From the NCBI GenBank assembly GCA_951406725.2, contig OX597828.1:9734001-9798000 (forward strand): a DNA stretch of 64,000 nucleotides, read 5' to 3'. Under the pieces are notes generated by a model. That model saw only the letters and a program-made list of their open reading frames with translations. It ran no database searches and had not been told where the DNA came from. A program made the position numbers and the translations under genes. Below are positions 63,531 to 64,000 of the stretch, in pieces (within the stretch, counting starts at the first letter, position 1; every line of letters begins with the position of its first letter). The stretch is from Octopus vulgaris. Taxonomy: Eukaryota.

Positions 63531-63837
63531 TGTTGGAGAAAACAGTTAAATTAAAATAGAATAAATTTTGTTACATACGGAAGTCGAAATCTCAAAAAGG
63601 GATATGTTGGGGTGAGAGTCACGATACCCTCTGTGAGAATAGACTGACCGATCGACCATAAAGAGTAGCGGTTTCAGTGAGATTGCGAGAGTAAGTGTTA
63701 ATCGCAGGAAGTCCAAAGATGTCGTGTTGGTAATTTGTCGGTGTATAGTTTGTTGGTTCGTGTATAGTTCGTGGAGAGTTTTTTTCGATTCTTACGTTGT
63801 TGTTACGCTGCTGCATTATATATTTGTTGTTACAACA
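63531..63837 (+). mobile_element. 3' LTR of the Gypsy element
   Basis: It follows the polypurine tract aaaaagggagtgg (63518-63530), starts TGTTG and ends CAACA. Confidence 0.7.
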
Positions 63838-64000
63838 CAATTACAGTGTAAAAAATATCGTCATAAATAGTAGCGACACTACAATATATGGCGACGAGTA
63901 ACTAGGTTACAATAATTAACATGCTTCATGCAACAGCATTTACATAAATTTTGATATGGTATGTACTTTGCACTATATGAACTACAGTCGATAACAGAGA

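Overview
AT-rich eukaryotic DNA dense in microsatellites and SINEs. The SINE repertoire resembles that of octopus/coleoid cephalopods, but this is an inference from recalled families. No intact host gene is evident. The main element is a full-length, GC-rich, minus-strand Helitron (15354-21480) with exact A|TC...CTAG|T junctions. Its Rep-PIF1 gene carries 23-aa STPR-like N-terminal repeats and three frameshifts, and it is inserted inside a SINE. Other mobile DNA includes non-autonomous Helitrons sharing its 3' end, three tRNA-headed SINE families, a decayed RLE-type (Dong/R4-like) LINE, two mariner derivatives, two Penelope-type GIY-YIG remnants, two foldback/MITE elements, and a Gypsy integrase with head-to-head LTRs. 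Between the repeats, manual translation shows a series of decayed minus-strand exon-like blocks (about 0.6-43.5 kb). They share motifs (HG near the exon start, C-x6/7-C, YGG...QCRCIK...FPxRxF, CUB-like ASGFxLxY/F ends), suggesting a pseudogenising tandem array or a multi-repeat gene for a Cys-rich/CUB-like surface protein. All protein-family calls come from reading motifs by eye; no searches were run.
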